A DNA stretch of 44,501 bases from a virus (Duplodnaviria > Caudoviricetes): positions 1-44,501 of the IMG/VR virus record IMGVR_UViG_3300020044_005741, one strand, 5' to 3'. Of the stretch, positions 10,745 through 18,976 are shown piece after piece. Below the pieces are notes generated by a model, which saw only the letters and a list, made by a program, of their open reading frames with translations, made no database searches and was not told the DNA's origin. Positions within the stretch are counted from its first letter, which is position 1; every line of letters begins with the position of its first letter. The position numbers were made by a program, and so were the translations under genes.

Positions 10745-11673
10745 TGGCAAGCGGTGAGTGCATAAAAGCTAACTTCATTATCGTTGCAACAAATCCTGTC
10801 GCAGAAGTGCCGACTATTGAAGGCATTATACCTACTTCATCTGTTGCTCAATGCTGCTCAAACACTACATTCTTTGCAAGTACTGCCGATGATGCGGAAC
10901 TAAAAAACGATAAGACTTCATTCTTATGGGTGCTTTCTCCTTTGGTTTCTGCGTCTGTAATGACCTTACAAAAGGCTGATGCTGATGGCGATTTTCAAGA
11001 TGTTGAAACATTAGATAATAACGACTTCGGTACGCTTTACGATTTATCATTTAACACAGATGAAGATTCTCGTAAGTACATAGGCTATCAACTTAATATG
11101 CGTGATGTTATTATTGCGCACGAAGGCGGATTGTATCGCGTTAAAAATAGCATTACGACTATACTAGGGAACAAAGATTTGTATTCAAATGAATTTTGTT
11201 TGGTAGAGTATTCACCAGCTTTGATAAATGGTACAGTACGCATTGAAACATATACAAACGGCATACGTGGCGCGGCTGGTTCGCAAACAGATTATATCGA
11301 CTTTAATTCTATCAATTGGTACAATCAAATAAGGCTTAAAGGTATGTTTGGTTTCACATCAAGCGAATACACGCGCGAGGAAGTGGAATACAACAACGGG
11401 CAGAAACAATGGGTAGTTGATGAGCAAAAAGAGAAATATATATTGAAGTTGAAACCTATTGAGCAAAGCACGCGAAACTTCGTTAAAACAGATATTCTGC
11501 AAGCCGATGAAATCATTATTACAGATTATAATAGCACAAACCCTGATGAATTTATTGGTGTTTACGTTAAAGGTTCTGGAGGTTTTGAGCCTCGACACAA
11601 TATAAAAGAAGCGTTGCCAGTCGATATAAATTTTGACAGCGCATTTAATAACCAACGAAAAAAACGCTGCTAA
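10744..11673 (+). CDS. Putative virion structural protein
   Basis: 309 aa at the end of the tail module. Confidence 0.6.
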   Translation: MASGECIKANFIIVATNPVAEVPTIEGIIPTSSVAQCCSNTTFFASTADDAELKNDKTSFLWVLSPLVSASVMTLQKADADGDFQDVETLDNNDFGTLYDLSFNTDEDSRKYIGYQLNMRDVIIAHEGGLYRVKNSITTILGNKDLYSNEFCLVEYSPALINGTVRIETYTNGIRGAAGSQTDYIDFNSINWYNQIRLKGMFGFTSSEYTREEVEYNNGQKQWVVDEQKEKYILKLKPIEQSTRNFVKTDILQADEIIITDYNSTNPDEFIGVYVKGSGGFEPRHNIKEALPVDINFDSAFNNQRKKRC

Positions 11674-11674
11674 A

Positions 11675-11905
11675 ATGAATCCGCAATCCATAACTATATT
11701 GATAAGCGTTGCTGGTATTTTTGTGGCGATAATTGCCTACTTCCTTAACCGATTGATTCAGCAAGTAGATAAGATAACCGAGAAGGCAAATAGCATTGAA
11801 AATTCGATGACTAAATTAAGTGTTGAACTTTATTCTATCGATAAAAGATTGAGCGCAATGGAAAGAGATATATACGTTGTACATCGTAACGGAGTAACGA
11901 AATGA
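11675..11905 (+). CDS. Single-TM coiled-coil protein (holin/antiholin-like)
   Basis: Start MNPQ; N-terminal TM followed by coiled coil; upstream of lysin. Confidence 0.6.
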   Translation: MNPQSITILISVAGIFVAIIAYFLNRLIQQVDKITEKANSIENSMTKLSVELYSIDKRLSAMERDIYVVHRNGVTK

Positions 11906-11942
11906 ACATATCTGAAATGTTTGAAAATTACGAACTAACTCT

Positions 11943-12176
11943 ATGACAATGTGGGAAAAAATTAAGGCAGAGGCTAAGGCGCGTTATATTATTGGCTTTT
12001 TAATTGGTGCGATGTTAGCGGCTGCTTTTGTACTATCTTTTTTTGTTGAATATCCAAAGAGCAACGAGGTATTAATAGCGAAGTTAGAAACCGCTTTTAG
12101 TATATCTTTTGGCGCGTTCATTCAACACGTCATGAAAACACCTTACAAAGAAAAAACAAATGGAAATGATAAGTAA
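11943..12176 (+). CDS. Putative holin
   Basis: 77 aa, two hydrophobic helices, charged C-terminus, overlaps endolysin start. Confidence 0.6.
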   Translation: MTMWEKIKAEAKARYIIGFLIGAMLAAAFVLSFFVEYPKSNEVLIAKLETAFSISFGAFIQHVMKTPYKEKTNGNDK

Positions 12177-12636
12177 CCACATAAGCTATTACGAGGCAAC
12201 TCATAGCCCAACAGCTACGGAAAAAGGATTAAACAACGAACCTAATTTAACTCAATTAAAAGCGATGCGATTAGTTGCGGTGAATTGTTTTGAACCTTTG
12301 AGAATGTGGGCGAATGTACCACTAACAATCAATTCGTTCTTTCGTGGTGAAGCATTAAACAAGGCTATTGGAGGTTCGTTAACTAGCCAACATTGCAAGG
12401 GTGAGGCTATCGACATTGACGGTAAGGGTAGAATTAGCAACGCGAAGATATTTCACTTCTTAAAAGAGAATACAGAGTTTGACCAGCTAATAGCCGAGTT
12501 CCCAGTTAATGGTGAACCAGCATGGGTACACGTAAGCTACTCAGAGAAAGGCAATAGAGGGCAAATACTTGTGGCTACCAAAGTAAAAGGTAAAACTGTT
12601 TACTCACCTTACAAACGTGGCGATGTCAACCTATAA
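12160..12636 (+). CDS. Endolysin, peptidase M15 family
   Basis: SFFR...NKAIGG...SQHCKGEAIDI...WVHVS Zn-peptidase motifs. Confidence 0.9.
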   Translation: MEMISNHISYYEATHSPTATEKGLNNEPNLTQLKAMRLVAVNCFEPLRMWANVPLTINSFFRGEALNKAIGGSLTSQHCKGEAIDIDGKGRISNAKIFHFLKENTEFDQLIAEFPVNGEPAWVHVSYSEKGNRGQILVATKVKGKTVYSPYKRGDVNL

Positions 12637-13273
12637 CTTCGACATAAAAGACGGCATCATTTTACTATGCTTTTTAGCGATGCTAGTTTTTAAATTGGAT
12701 TCGTGCAGCGATAAAAAAGAATTGATGAAAGCTAACAACGAATTACTAAACTATTCAGATTCAGTAAAAACGTATAAAGCAAAGAATGGTGAACTAGTAG
12801 AATTCAACAAGGCTCTAGTCATAAACTACGGAACTCAACTTGAGGAAATAGATAAGCTGAAAAAAGACTTAGATTTAAAGCGTGTTGATGTGCTGGTGAA
12901 GTATAAAAGTGTGTTCAAGTACGATACAATAAACCACGTTTTTAGAGAGCAATTGCCTTGTGAAGCGTTCACCGATTCTTTCACCGTAGATTCAACCTAC
13001 TTTAAATTTGATGCGGTGCTTTCTAACAAACGATTATCGCTTTACAATATCGAAGTACCGAATGAGCAAAACTTTGTTATAGGGGAAAAGAAAAACGGGC
13101 TATTCAAAGAGAATGAGTATAGCGTACTTGTAACCAATTCAAATCCTAACATCAAAGGCGAAAGACTAAAGGCATACACTTTAAAACCTTCGCTTAAGTG
13201 GTATAATTCAATCGGCTTTAAAGGCGCTGTTTTTGTCGCTGGGGTTATGGGTGGGTTCTTGCTGGCTAAGTGA
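12617..13273 (+). CDS. Membrane-anchored lysis accessory protein (spanin-like)
   Basis: N-terminal hydrophobic signal with a following Cys, C-terminal TM, follows endolysin. Confidence 0.55.
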   Translation: MAMSTYNFDIKDGIILLCFLAMLVFKLDSCSDKKELMKANNELLNYSDSVKTYKAKNGELVEFNKALVINYGTQLEEIDKLKKDLDLKRVDVLVKYKSVFKYDTINHVFREQLPCEAFTDSFTVDSTYFKFDAVLSNKRLSLYNIEVPNEQNFVIGEKKNGLFKENEYSVLVTNSNPNIKGERLKAYTLKPSLKWYNSIGFKGAVFVAGVMGGFLLAK

Positions 13274-13369
13274 TTTGAAGAACTCAACTAAAATTTCCTT
13301 CTTTTCCTCCATGCTAAACTGGCTGCTTTGCATTGCGATTATTATTTCTTCAATTGTGTTGAACTCCAT
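13208..13369 (-). CDS. Small hypothetical protein (53 aa, MEFNTIEEII...)
   Basis: Manually translated ORF ending the leftward block. Confidence 0.45.
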   Translation of the reverse strand: MEFNTIEEIIIAMQSSQFSMEEKKEILVEFFKSLSQQEPTHNPSDKNSAFKAD

Positions 13370-13378
13370 ACTATTTTT

Positions 13379-13561
13379 CTATTTTATTTTATCAAATATT
13401 TTAAATGTGATGAATGCGATTTCAAAGTAAAAGAAATCTTTTGAAAAGTATATTGATAATAAGCTTTTGTTATCGAGCATATTAGTTTCAACTTCAAATA
13501 TTGAAAGCGTGAATCCATTCCACGCGCTCCACTCTATGCAAATTGGTGTTATTCTGTGCAT
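13379..13561 (-). CDS. Hypothetical protein
   Basis: 60 aa with A-rich leader. Confidence 0.6.
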   Translation of the reverse strand: MHRITPICIEWSAWNGFTLSIFEVETNMLDNKSLLSIYFSKDFFYFEIAFITFKIFDKIK

Positions 13562-13577
13562 AATTTAATGTTTTAAA

Positions 13578-13660
13578 AAACAAGTCAAGAAGCGATTGTA
13601 ACGCACCTTGTAAATTCCCTTCTTACTCTTCACGCTTGCAATCGTGGGGAAACCTTGTTT
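13578..13660. other. Intergenic stem-loop (possible structured RNA/regulatory element)
   Basis: AAACAAG/CTTGTTT outer stem and CGATTGTAA (13593-13601)/TTGCAATCG (13636-13644) inner stem. Confidence 0.45.
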
Positions 13661-13825
13661 ATTTTCATCTTACTTATTGTTTTATCCCAGTGGGAGGGTT
13701 GGTTTTAATTTCAATCTTCTTTTTAATTTCTTCTTTCATGTTGCTTGGGTTAAAAGTGTTTTAATAAATTAGTAATCCTATTAGCATTCCTATTATGAAT
13801 AGTAAGAACATAATTGTTCTTTTTA

Positions 13826-14280
13826 CCATAAAGTGTGTTTATTAATTAAATGAGATATTAGAACTATTGATACTTTTCATAATAATTATTAAAAGAATCT
13901 CTTGTTAATTCATCTATATTTCCACCAATAGCTGACCAAAATCCTTCTGATTCATCATCATATAATATACTTTTTATTTTGGGATACATATTAAATAGAG
14001 ATTTAATAGCTTCTCTACCTTCACCTCTGCTTTTAGATTTAGGTGCAATATCAGAATCTTTATTTCTATTCATAGATTGAACAATAATATACCCATCATA
14101 TTCTTTACTCACTTCCCAAGTAATCATTCCATTATAACCAAATTCTGCATTATATAAAATATGGTCAGAATCTTCTTTTAAAATTATTATGTTTCTAAGA
14201 GAAGTATTCCACGTATTATAATTATCAAACAGTTTTAAATATGTCATAAACTATAACTATATATTAAACACACTTTATGG
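13826..14280. mobile_element. Single-gene module bounded by perfect 16-bp inverted repeats
   Basis: CCATAAAGTGTGTTTA (13826-13841) and TAAACACACTTTATGG (14265-14280) enclose one AT-rich ORF. Confidence 0.6.
13864..14247 (-). CDS. Hypothetical protein, possibly GNAT-fold
   Basis: SRGEGREAIKSLF...SEGFWSAIG resembles GNAT motifs A/B. Confidence 0.6.
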   Translation of the reverse strand: MTYLKLFDNYNTWNTSLRNIIILKEDSDHILYNAEFGYNGMITWEVSKEYDGYIIVQSMNRNKDSDIAPKSKSRGEGREAIKSLFNMYPKIKSILYDDESEGFWSAIGGNIDELTRDSFNNYYEKYQ

Positions 14281-14330
14281 GAAAAGACTAACATAATTAT
14301 TAAAAAACCTTGTTTGTTTAGTTCCATATC

Positions 14331-14483
14331 CTATTTATTTATTGTGTTTAATTCAACGCTTATTTTATTTGCTTCTTTTAATGCTTCCTCTGCTCGTTCA
14401 GTCATAAGAACCTTCGATAGTTCATCTGCTGCTTTTAAGTGAGCGTAGTAGCTTGATTGAAGTATTTGTTGCTTGATGTTCAT
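14331..14483 (-). CDS. Hypothetical protein (MNIKQQIL...)
   Basis: Likely start at ATG 14483 after A-rich leader. Confidence 0.6.
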   Translation of the reverse strand: MNIKQQILQSSYYAHLKAADELSKVLMTERAEEALKEANKISVELNTINK

Positions 14484-14509
14484 TGTGTTTAATTTACTTT
14501 GTTTACTGT

Positions 14510-14824
14510 TTATTTTGTGGGTGGTAAAGATGCGTATTCCCAATGTGTAATATTTACTACATCACCGCTTTCATCTGAAATAAATAGACCTCCTTCTAAA
14601 TGGCAACTAAATCTACATTCAAAAGGCATTTCTATTCCATTTAGTGCTTCAAGTTCTTTTGGCAAAGCATCCTTCACACTTACCCACTTTGGATAGTTGT
14701 AGCCGTGCCTAAAAGCATTTACAAAAATATCTCGTGCCGTTGAGTAGTATGGATTGCCCTCTGATTTAGGATATTCTTTTTCCGCCTCATCCCTCGCTAT
14801 TTTGTCTAACTGTTCGTTGTTCAT
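14510..14824 (-). CDS. Hypothetical phage protein (DUF551-like C-terminus)
   Basis: WVSVKDALP...ITHW...LP pattern. Confidence 0.65.
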   Translation of the reverse strand: MNNEQLDKIARDEAEKEYPKSEGNPYYSTARDIFVNAFRHGYNYPKWVSVKDALPKELEALNGIEMPFECRFSCHLEGGLFISDESGDVVNITHWEYASLPPTK

Positions 14825-14856
14825 ACTTTCAATTTTTAGTTAATACTTTTTTAAAA

Positions 14857-14916
14857 CATTGGTGACGTATGCTGCAAAAATAAACCGCAATCTATTCTCC
14901 TATCCCGTCACCAATG
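14857..14916. other. Intergenic 11-bp perfect inverted repeat with 38-nt loop
   Basis: CATTGGTGACG ... CGTCACCAATG; followed by TTTT on the minus strand. Confidence 0.6.
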
Positions 14917-14955
14917 CTATACTTTACTTCTCTTTTAGATATTCTGTTTTGTGTT

Positions 14956-15144
14956 TCATATACAATTAATTGAGTGGTTTTGAATCAATGTTTTCACGTT
15001 CAACTTTAGCACAGTCGGCTTTTTGAATCGGCTAATAAACAAGTCAGCCATTCTTTCAGCAACTCTTAACTGGTCTTTTGTTTTGCAGCTTTTAATAGTG
15101 GTAATCACTTTTAAATAGGCTCTTTCGATTTGATATGCATTCAT
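14956..15144 (-). CDS. Hypothetical protein
   Basis: 62 aa, coupled to upstream gene. Confidence 0.7.
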   Translation of the reverse strand: MNAYQIERAYLKVITTIKSCKTKDQLRVAERMADLFISRFKKPTVLKLNVKTLIQNHSINCI

Positions 15145-15479
15145 TATAGTAAAGATTTAATTACGTTTTCAATCGCTTTATATTCGTTTTCGCTACATTC
15201 AATTTCATCACCTTCGCTAGTGTAGTAGAATGCTTCGTTAACATCTTCTAATTCTGTGTGATAGTCAGAATATCCTTGCTCTTCCCAAGTATCGGCAACA
15301 CTTTGTGTTAATGTTGAGCGAATAGTTGCGTTAATTACTAACTGCATATTACCGCGAGTTAACTCCACTTCAAAGGTATCGGTATCGTAACTGCCAACTC
15401 CTTCATAGTTAAACTCTAGTCTGTCAATTGCGCGAGATATTTCGCTGCGGTTTTCTAAAAATACATTGATGTCGTACAT
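15144..15479 (-). CDS. Hypothetical acidic protein
   Basis: 111 aa, Asp/Glu-rich. Confidence 0.75.
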   Translation of the reverse strand: MYDINVFLENRSEISRAIDRLEFNYEGVGSYDTDTFEVELTRGNMQLVINATIRSTLTQSVADTWEEQGYSDYHTELEDVNEAFYYTSEGDEIECSENEYKAIENVIKSLL

Positions 15480-15494
15480 ATTATAAGTGTTTGT

Positions 15495-15641
15495 TTAATT
15501 AATTTCTTCTACTATTTTAACTCTTTTGGCAGAAAATTTAAACTTTCTAAATTTCCTTGCTTGATTCATATTTTCAGCTTGAAAAGAATATCTAATATTC
15601 TTAATAAAAGGTGTCGAGTAGATTGCTGTGTAAGTTTTCAT
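15495..15641 (-). CDS. Small hypothetical protein (48 aa, MKTYTAIYS...)
   Basis: Manually translated; first gene after leftward promoter. Confidence 0.55.
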   Translation of the reverse strand: MKTYTAIYSTPFIKNIRYSFQAENMNQARKFRKFKFSAKRVKIVEEIN

Positions 15642-15669
15642 ATAATTTGTTTTTGTTTGTTTGATGTTG

Positions 15670-15700
15670 TAAAGATAAGCACGTTTTCGACAAAAACAAA
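15670..15700 (-). promoter_or_regulatory. Leftward Bacteroidetes-type sigma70 promoter
   Basis: Minus strand TTTG-N19-TATCTTTA resembles the -33/-7 (TAnnTTTG) consensus. Confidence 0.6.
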
Positions 15701-15778
15701 TTATTTAATCAAATTTCTTAGTTAAGTGTTCAACAATACAATTGTTAATATCTTTAACTAAATATTTTAATTACAAAA

Positions 15779-15809
15779 CTTGTTTATTGAAATTATTGCC
15801 TTATCTTTG
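15779..15809 (+). promoter_or_regulatory. Rightward Bacteroidetes-type sigma70 promoter
   Basis: CTTG-N19-TATCTTTG. Confidence 0.7.
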
Positions 15810-15832
15810 ATTCAACAATTAAAACAAACAAT

Positions 15833-16090
15833 ATGAAAACAGTAAACGAAATAAGATTAGCAGCGATAAGAGTAATAAATAATGTAATTACTTTAAAGTC
15901 AAATGTTGCTAATGGCTGTCATTCGGATAAAGAAGAGTTAGAAAAACAAATGATTAGAATAGCTTCTATTAAAGAATGGGCGATAAAAAATAACCAAATA
16001 CAAGAAATAAGAAGTTATTTCGCATCAAAAAATTTTGGTGGGCACAATCAATTTTCGGCTGCTGAACTTGCATCATTTTTTAATAACTAA
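15833..16090 (+). CDS. Hypothetical protein
   Basis: 85-aa ORF after promoter. Confidence 0.7.
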   Translation: MKTVNEIRLAAIRVINNVITLKSNVANGCHSDKEELEKQMIRIASIKEWAIKNNQIQEIRSYFASKNFGGHNQFSAAELASFFNN

Positions 16091-16102
16091 AATCAATATA
16101 AA

Positions 16103-16312
16103 ATGGCAAAAAAGAAAAAAGAAGAAGTAGAATTACTTTCACAACGAGCGTTTGCTCGACTAGATGAAGTAAATCAATCGGAAGGAAGAATAAGTCTATT
16201 GATTAGCTTAGGAAGACTACCAGTAAAGATTATTGCGGGTAAAAAACTGATTGAAAAAACGGAAAGCAATATTAACATAGCAAAAAGAAAAAACAATGAT
16301 AAAAAGAAGTAA
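16103..16312 (+). CDS. Small basic protein, possible Xis/Cro-like DNA binder
   Basis: LLSQRAFARL...RISLLISLGRLP helix-turn-helix-like pattern. Confidence 0.5.
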   Translation: MAKKKKEEVELLSQRAFARLDEVNQSEGRISLLISLGRLPVKIIAGKKLIEKTESNINIAKRKNNDKKK

Positions 16313-16499
16313 AATAGATGAAACGCTACAAATGTTAGGAGAAATTGATTTTAACATTCGATGGCTTGAAACTAAGTTAGAAAACGATAATTTCAATCAA
16401 CTGCGCAACGTAGAACACCAGCGCGATATTGCACGTCGAACAATAGCAAGGTTAACAGAAAGGTACAACAAGCAAATAGACAAATTAAAAATTCACTAA
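16296..16499 (+). CDS. Hypothetical coiled-coil protein
   Basis: 67 aa. Confidence 0.7.
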   Translation: MIKRSKIDETLQMLGEIDFNIRWLETKLENDNFNQLRNVEHQRDIARRTIARLTERYNKQIDKLKIH

Positions 16500-16509
16500 A
16501 TCAAACAAC

Positions 16510-17181
16510 ATGGAAAACAAACAAACAACAATCGAAGAGGTTCAACCAGTAACAGAAGTTACAGCAGTTGAGCAAAAGGTAGAAGAGATTAAATTTCCTA
16601 CCATTCAAAACAATCAAACCGACCTAAGCACGTTCGGAAATAAAGAAGGGTTTGAACACTCAATGAGAGTGGCAAAAGCGTTAAGTGTTAGCGACCTAGT
16701 GCCGCAACAATACAAAGGCAACGTGAGTAACTGCCTTATCGCTATGGATATTTCAAAGCGAATAGGCGCGAGCGAATTAATGGTAATGCAGAACTTATAC
16801 ATAGTTCATGGTAAGCCAGCGTGGAGTTCTCAATTCTTAATAGCCACTTTAAACGCTTGCAAAAAGTTTTCGCCTTTACGTTACGAAGAAGATGACAAAA
16901 ATGGCGGTAGATGCCGAGCGTATGCGGTTGACTTAGCAACGGGTGAAAGATTAGAGGGTGTTTGGGTAACGATGGAAATGGCAGCAGCGGAAAAATGGAT
17001 TGACAAAGCTGGAAGCAAATGGAAAACGATGCCGCAATTAATGATGCGTTACCGTGCAGCCGCTTTCTTTACCCGTCAATTTGCGCCAGAAGTTTCAATG
17101 GGAATAATGACCAGCGAGGAAGTTATAGATATTACGCCAATTCAAAACCAAAAACCAGCTACACAATGGACACAAGAATAA
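16510..17181 (+). CDS. RecT/Bet-like single-strand annealing protein
   Basis: LVPQQYKG...NLYIVHGKP...WKTMPQLMMRYRA motifs; adjacent to exonuclease. Confidence 0.85.
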   Translation: MENKQTTIEEVQPVTEVTAVEQKVEEIKFPTIQNNQTDLSTFGNKEGFEHSMRVAKALSVSDLVPQQYKGNVSNCLIAMDISKRIGASELMVMQNLYIVHGKPAWSSQFLIATLNACKKFSPLRYEEDDKNGGRCRAYAVDLATGERLEGVWVTMEMAAAEKWIDKAGSKWKTMPQLMMRYRAAAFFTRQFAPEVSMGIMTSEEVIDITPIQNQKPATQWTQE

Positions 17182-17816
17182 TTATTGAAGCGGAACAGCG
17201 TTCGGAAGGATGGCACAACGCGCGACTAGGTATGTTTACTTCCTCTCAAATTTACAAGCTAATGACCAAGCCTAAATTGAAAAGTGAAGTGTTAAGCGAT
17301 GGCGCTAAGACGTACATAATGGAAAAGGTTGCCGAAAGTTTAACGGGTATTCGTGAAGAGGTGTTTACTACTCCATCGATACAATGGGGAATTGATAACG
17401 AGCCATTGGCTAAAAAGCACCTAGCACGTTTAAACGATTGGACTATCGAAGAAACTAGCTTTATTAAAATCGAAGCGTTAAACTATGGTGGTTCTGGTGA
17501 TGGCTGGATTCGTGAGATTAACGGTGCTTTAGAGGTTAAGTGCTTAAACACTTCTAACCACTTGCAAGAAATTAGAGATAGTGAAGATTTAAAAGCTAAT
17601 CTTCCAAAGCGATTTTGGCAAGTTCTTTCAGACGCTTATCTTCGCGAATGTGATGTGGCTGTGTTGGCTTGGTTCGACCCACGAGTGCCGAACGATTACG
17701 GACTATTCACTAAGCAATTTAAAGTTGAACAATCGGACGTTAACGAGATGTTGGAGAAACTTAAATACGCAAATGAAGAGTTTCATAATCAACTTGAATA
17801 TTTTACAAAACTATAA
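17166..17816 (+). CDS. YqaJ/lambda-exonuclease-like protein
   Basis: EQRSEGWHNARLGMFTSS, WGIDNEP, GGSGDG, LEVKC motifs. Confidence 0.9.
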   Translation: MDTRIIIEAEQRSEGWHNARLGMFTSSQIYKLMTKPKLKSEVLSDGAKTYIMEKVAESLTGIREEVFTTPSIQWGIDNEPLAKKHLARLNDWTIEETSFIKIEALNYGGSGDGWIREINGALEVKCLNTSNHLQEIRDSEDLKANLPKRFWQVLSDAYLRECDVAVLAWFDPRVPNDYGLFTKQFKVEQSDVNEMLEKLKYANEEFHNQLEYFTKL

Positions 17817-17916
17817 TGACTCACGAAACAACAAACCTATTAAAGGACGTTCTTTCCCTCTTAGTTTAATTACAGAACATTAGCCAACAGATAACGGATA
17901 CAACTAGAGGTTAAAG

Positions 17917-18132
17917 GTGTGTGCGAGATTCATGCAGAGGGTTTTATTAAAAAAAACAAGCAAAATGAAGAAAGGTTATTGGTGCAAACAGCGTGAATTA
18001 GTCACGATTTTGCAAGAAGATAAAACGCATTGTGTGATTAGGTTTAAAAATGGCACAACTATTTGCACAGATTTAAATTCAATTTACGATAGATTTGAAG
18101 AAAATAATTTGAAACAAACGCAATTATTCTAA
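17917..18132 (+). CDS. Hypothetical protein (true start probably MKKGYW)
   Basis: ORF ends in KQTQLF. Confidence 0.55.
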   Translation: MCARFMQRVLLKKTSKMKKGYWCKQRELVTILQEDKTHCVIRFKNGTTICTDLNSIYDRFEENNLKQTQLF

Positions 18133-18154
18133 TTTTTTTTGTATATTAGCATAC

Positions 18155-18257
18155 TCTTAGGGAAAAAGTCGAAATCACTAAGAAATTATTTAATAACCAA
18201 CTCGGTTAACTGGCATACAGGGCTTCGACTCCCTTCCCACCAGTTGCCGAGAAGGTT
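18155..18257 (+). ncRNA. Putative structured 5' leader RNA (two hairpins with complementary loops)
   Basis: TCTTAG/CTAAGA hairpin with loop AGTCGAA; AACC-CTCGG-AACTGG/CCAGTT-CCGAG-GGTT hairpin with loop TTCGACT; -7-like TATATTAG at 18142. Confidence 0.6.
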
Positions 18258-18271
18258 TATATTTAAAAAAA

Positions 18272-18976
18272 ATGGCGGAAGGAAAAAATAAAATTACTAT
18301 TTATCGCGATTGGGTTGATTACTTTGAACCTTTAACAGATGAAGAAGCTGGTAAATTAATTAAACATTTACTGCGTTATACAGATGACCAAAACCCGATT
18401 AGCGACCGAATGACTGAATTACTTTTTTTGCCTTTAAAAAAGACGCTAAAAAGAGATTTAAAAGAATGGGAAGCTAAATGTGAAAAGAATAAATTAAATG
18501 GAATGACAGGAGGTCGACCAAAAACAAAACCCAACGAAACCCAAAATAACCGAACGGTTAATTTTGAAACCCAAAATAACCCGATAATAGATATTGATAT
18601 TGATAATAAGATAATAGATATTATAAAAGAAGATAGTATGTTAGTAAAAACGGCTTCGCCTTACGCAAAAAAAATAATTCCATCGATGGATGAGGTTATT
18701 GAATTTATAGTTTTAGAAAAACAATGCAGCCAAAACGAAGCAGAAAAATTCTTTGACTATTACCAAGCCAACGGTTGGCGAGTCGGTAAAAACCCAATGA
18801 AAGATTGGAAAGCCGCCGCCCGAAATTGGTTAAAAAACGCATCAAACTTTAATAAACAAACTTTAAACACTAATCAAAATGGAACACAACTTACAAAACA
18901 GGAACGAGAGCAAGAAGAGTTTAACCGCCGATACGGTACAAACTTTGGGCAGCAAACCTCTACGGGCAATTACTAG
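18272..18976 (+). CDS. Replication initiator protein
   Basis: N-terminal LTDEEAGKL...NGMTGGRPK domain; C-terminal FFDYYQANGW...MKDWKAAARNW; internal repeats. Confidence 0.8.
   Translation: MAEGKNKITIYRDWVDYFEPLTDEEAGKLIKHLLRYTDDQNPISDRMTELLFLPLKKTLKRDLKEWEAKCEKNKLNGMTGGRPKTKPNETQNNRTVNFETQNNPIIDIDIDNKIIDIIKEDSMLVKTASPYAKKIIPSMDEVIEFIVLEKQCSQNEAEKFFDYYQANGWRVGKNPMKDWKAAARNWLKNASNFNKQTLNTNQNGTQLTKQEREQEEFNRRYGTNFGQQTSTGNY
18536..18625. repeat. Putative origin: two 16-bp direct repeats plus AT-rich tract
   Basis: GAAACCCAAAATAACC at 18536 and 18566, followed by GATA/AT-rich tract. Confidence 0.6.

Noticed and set aside
17816-17965. Possible short or degraded ORF after the exonuclease
   Set aside because: Early stop codon and no consistent reading frame.
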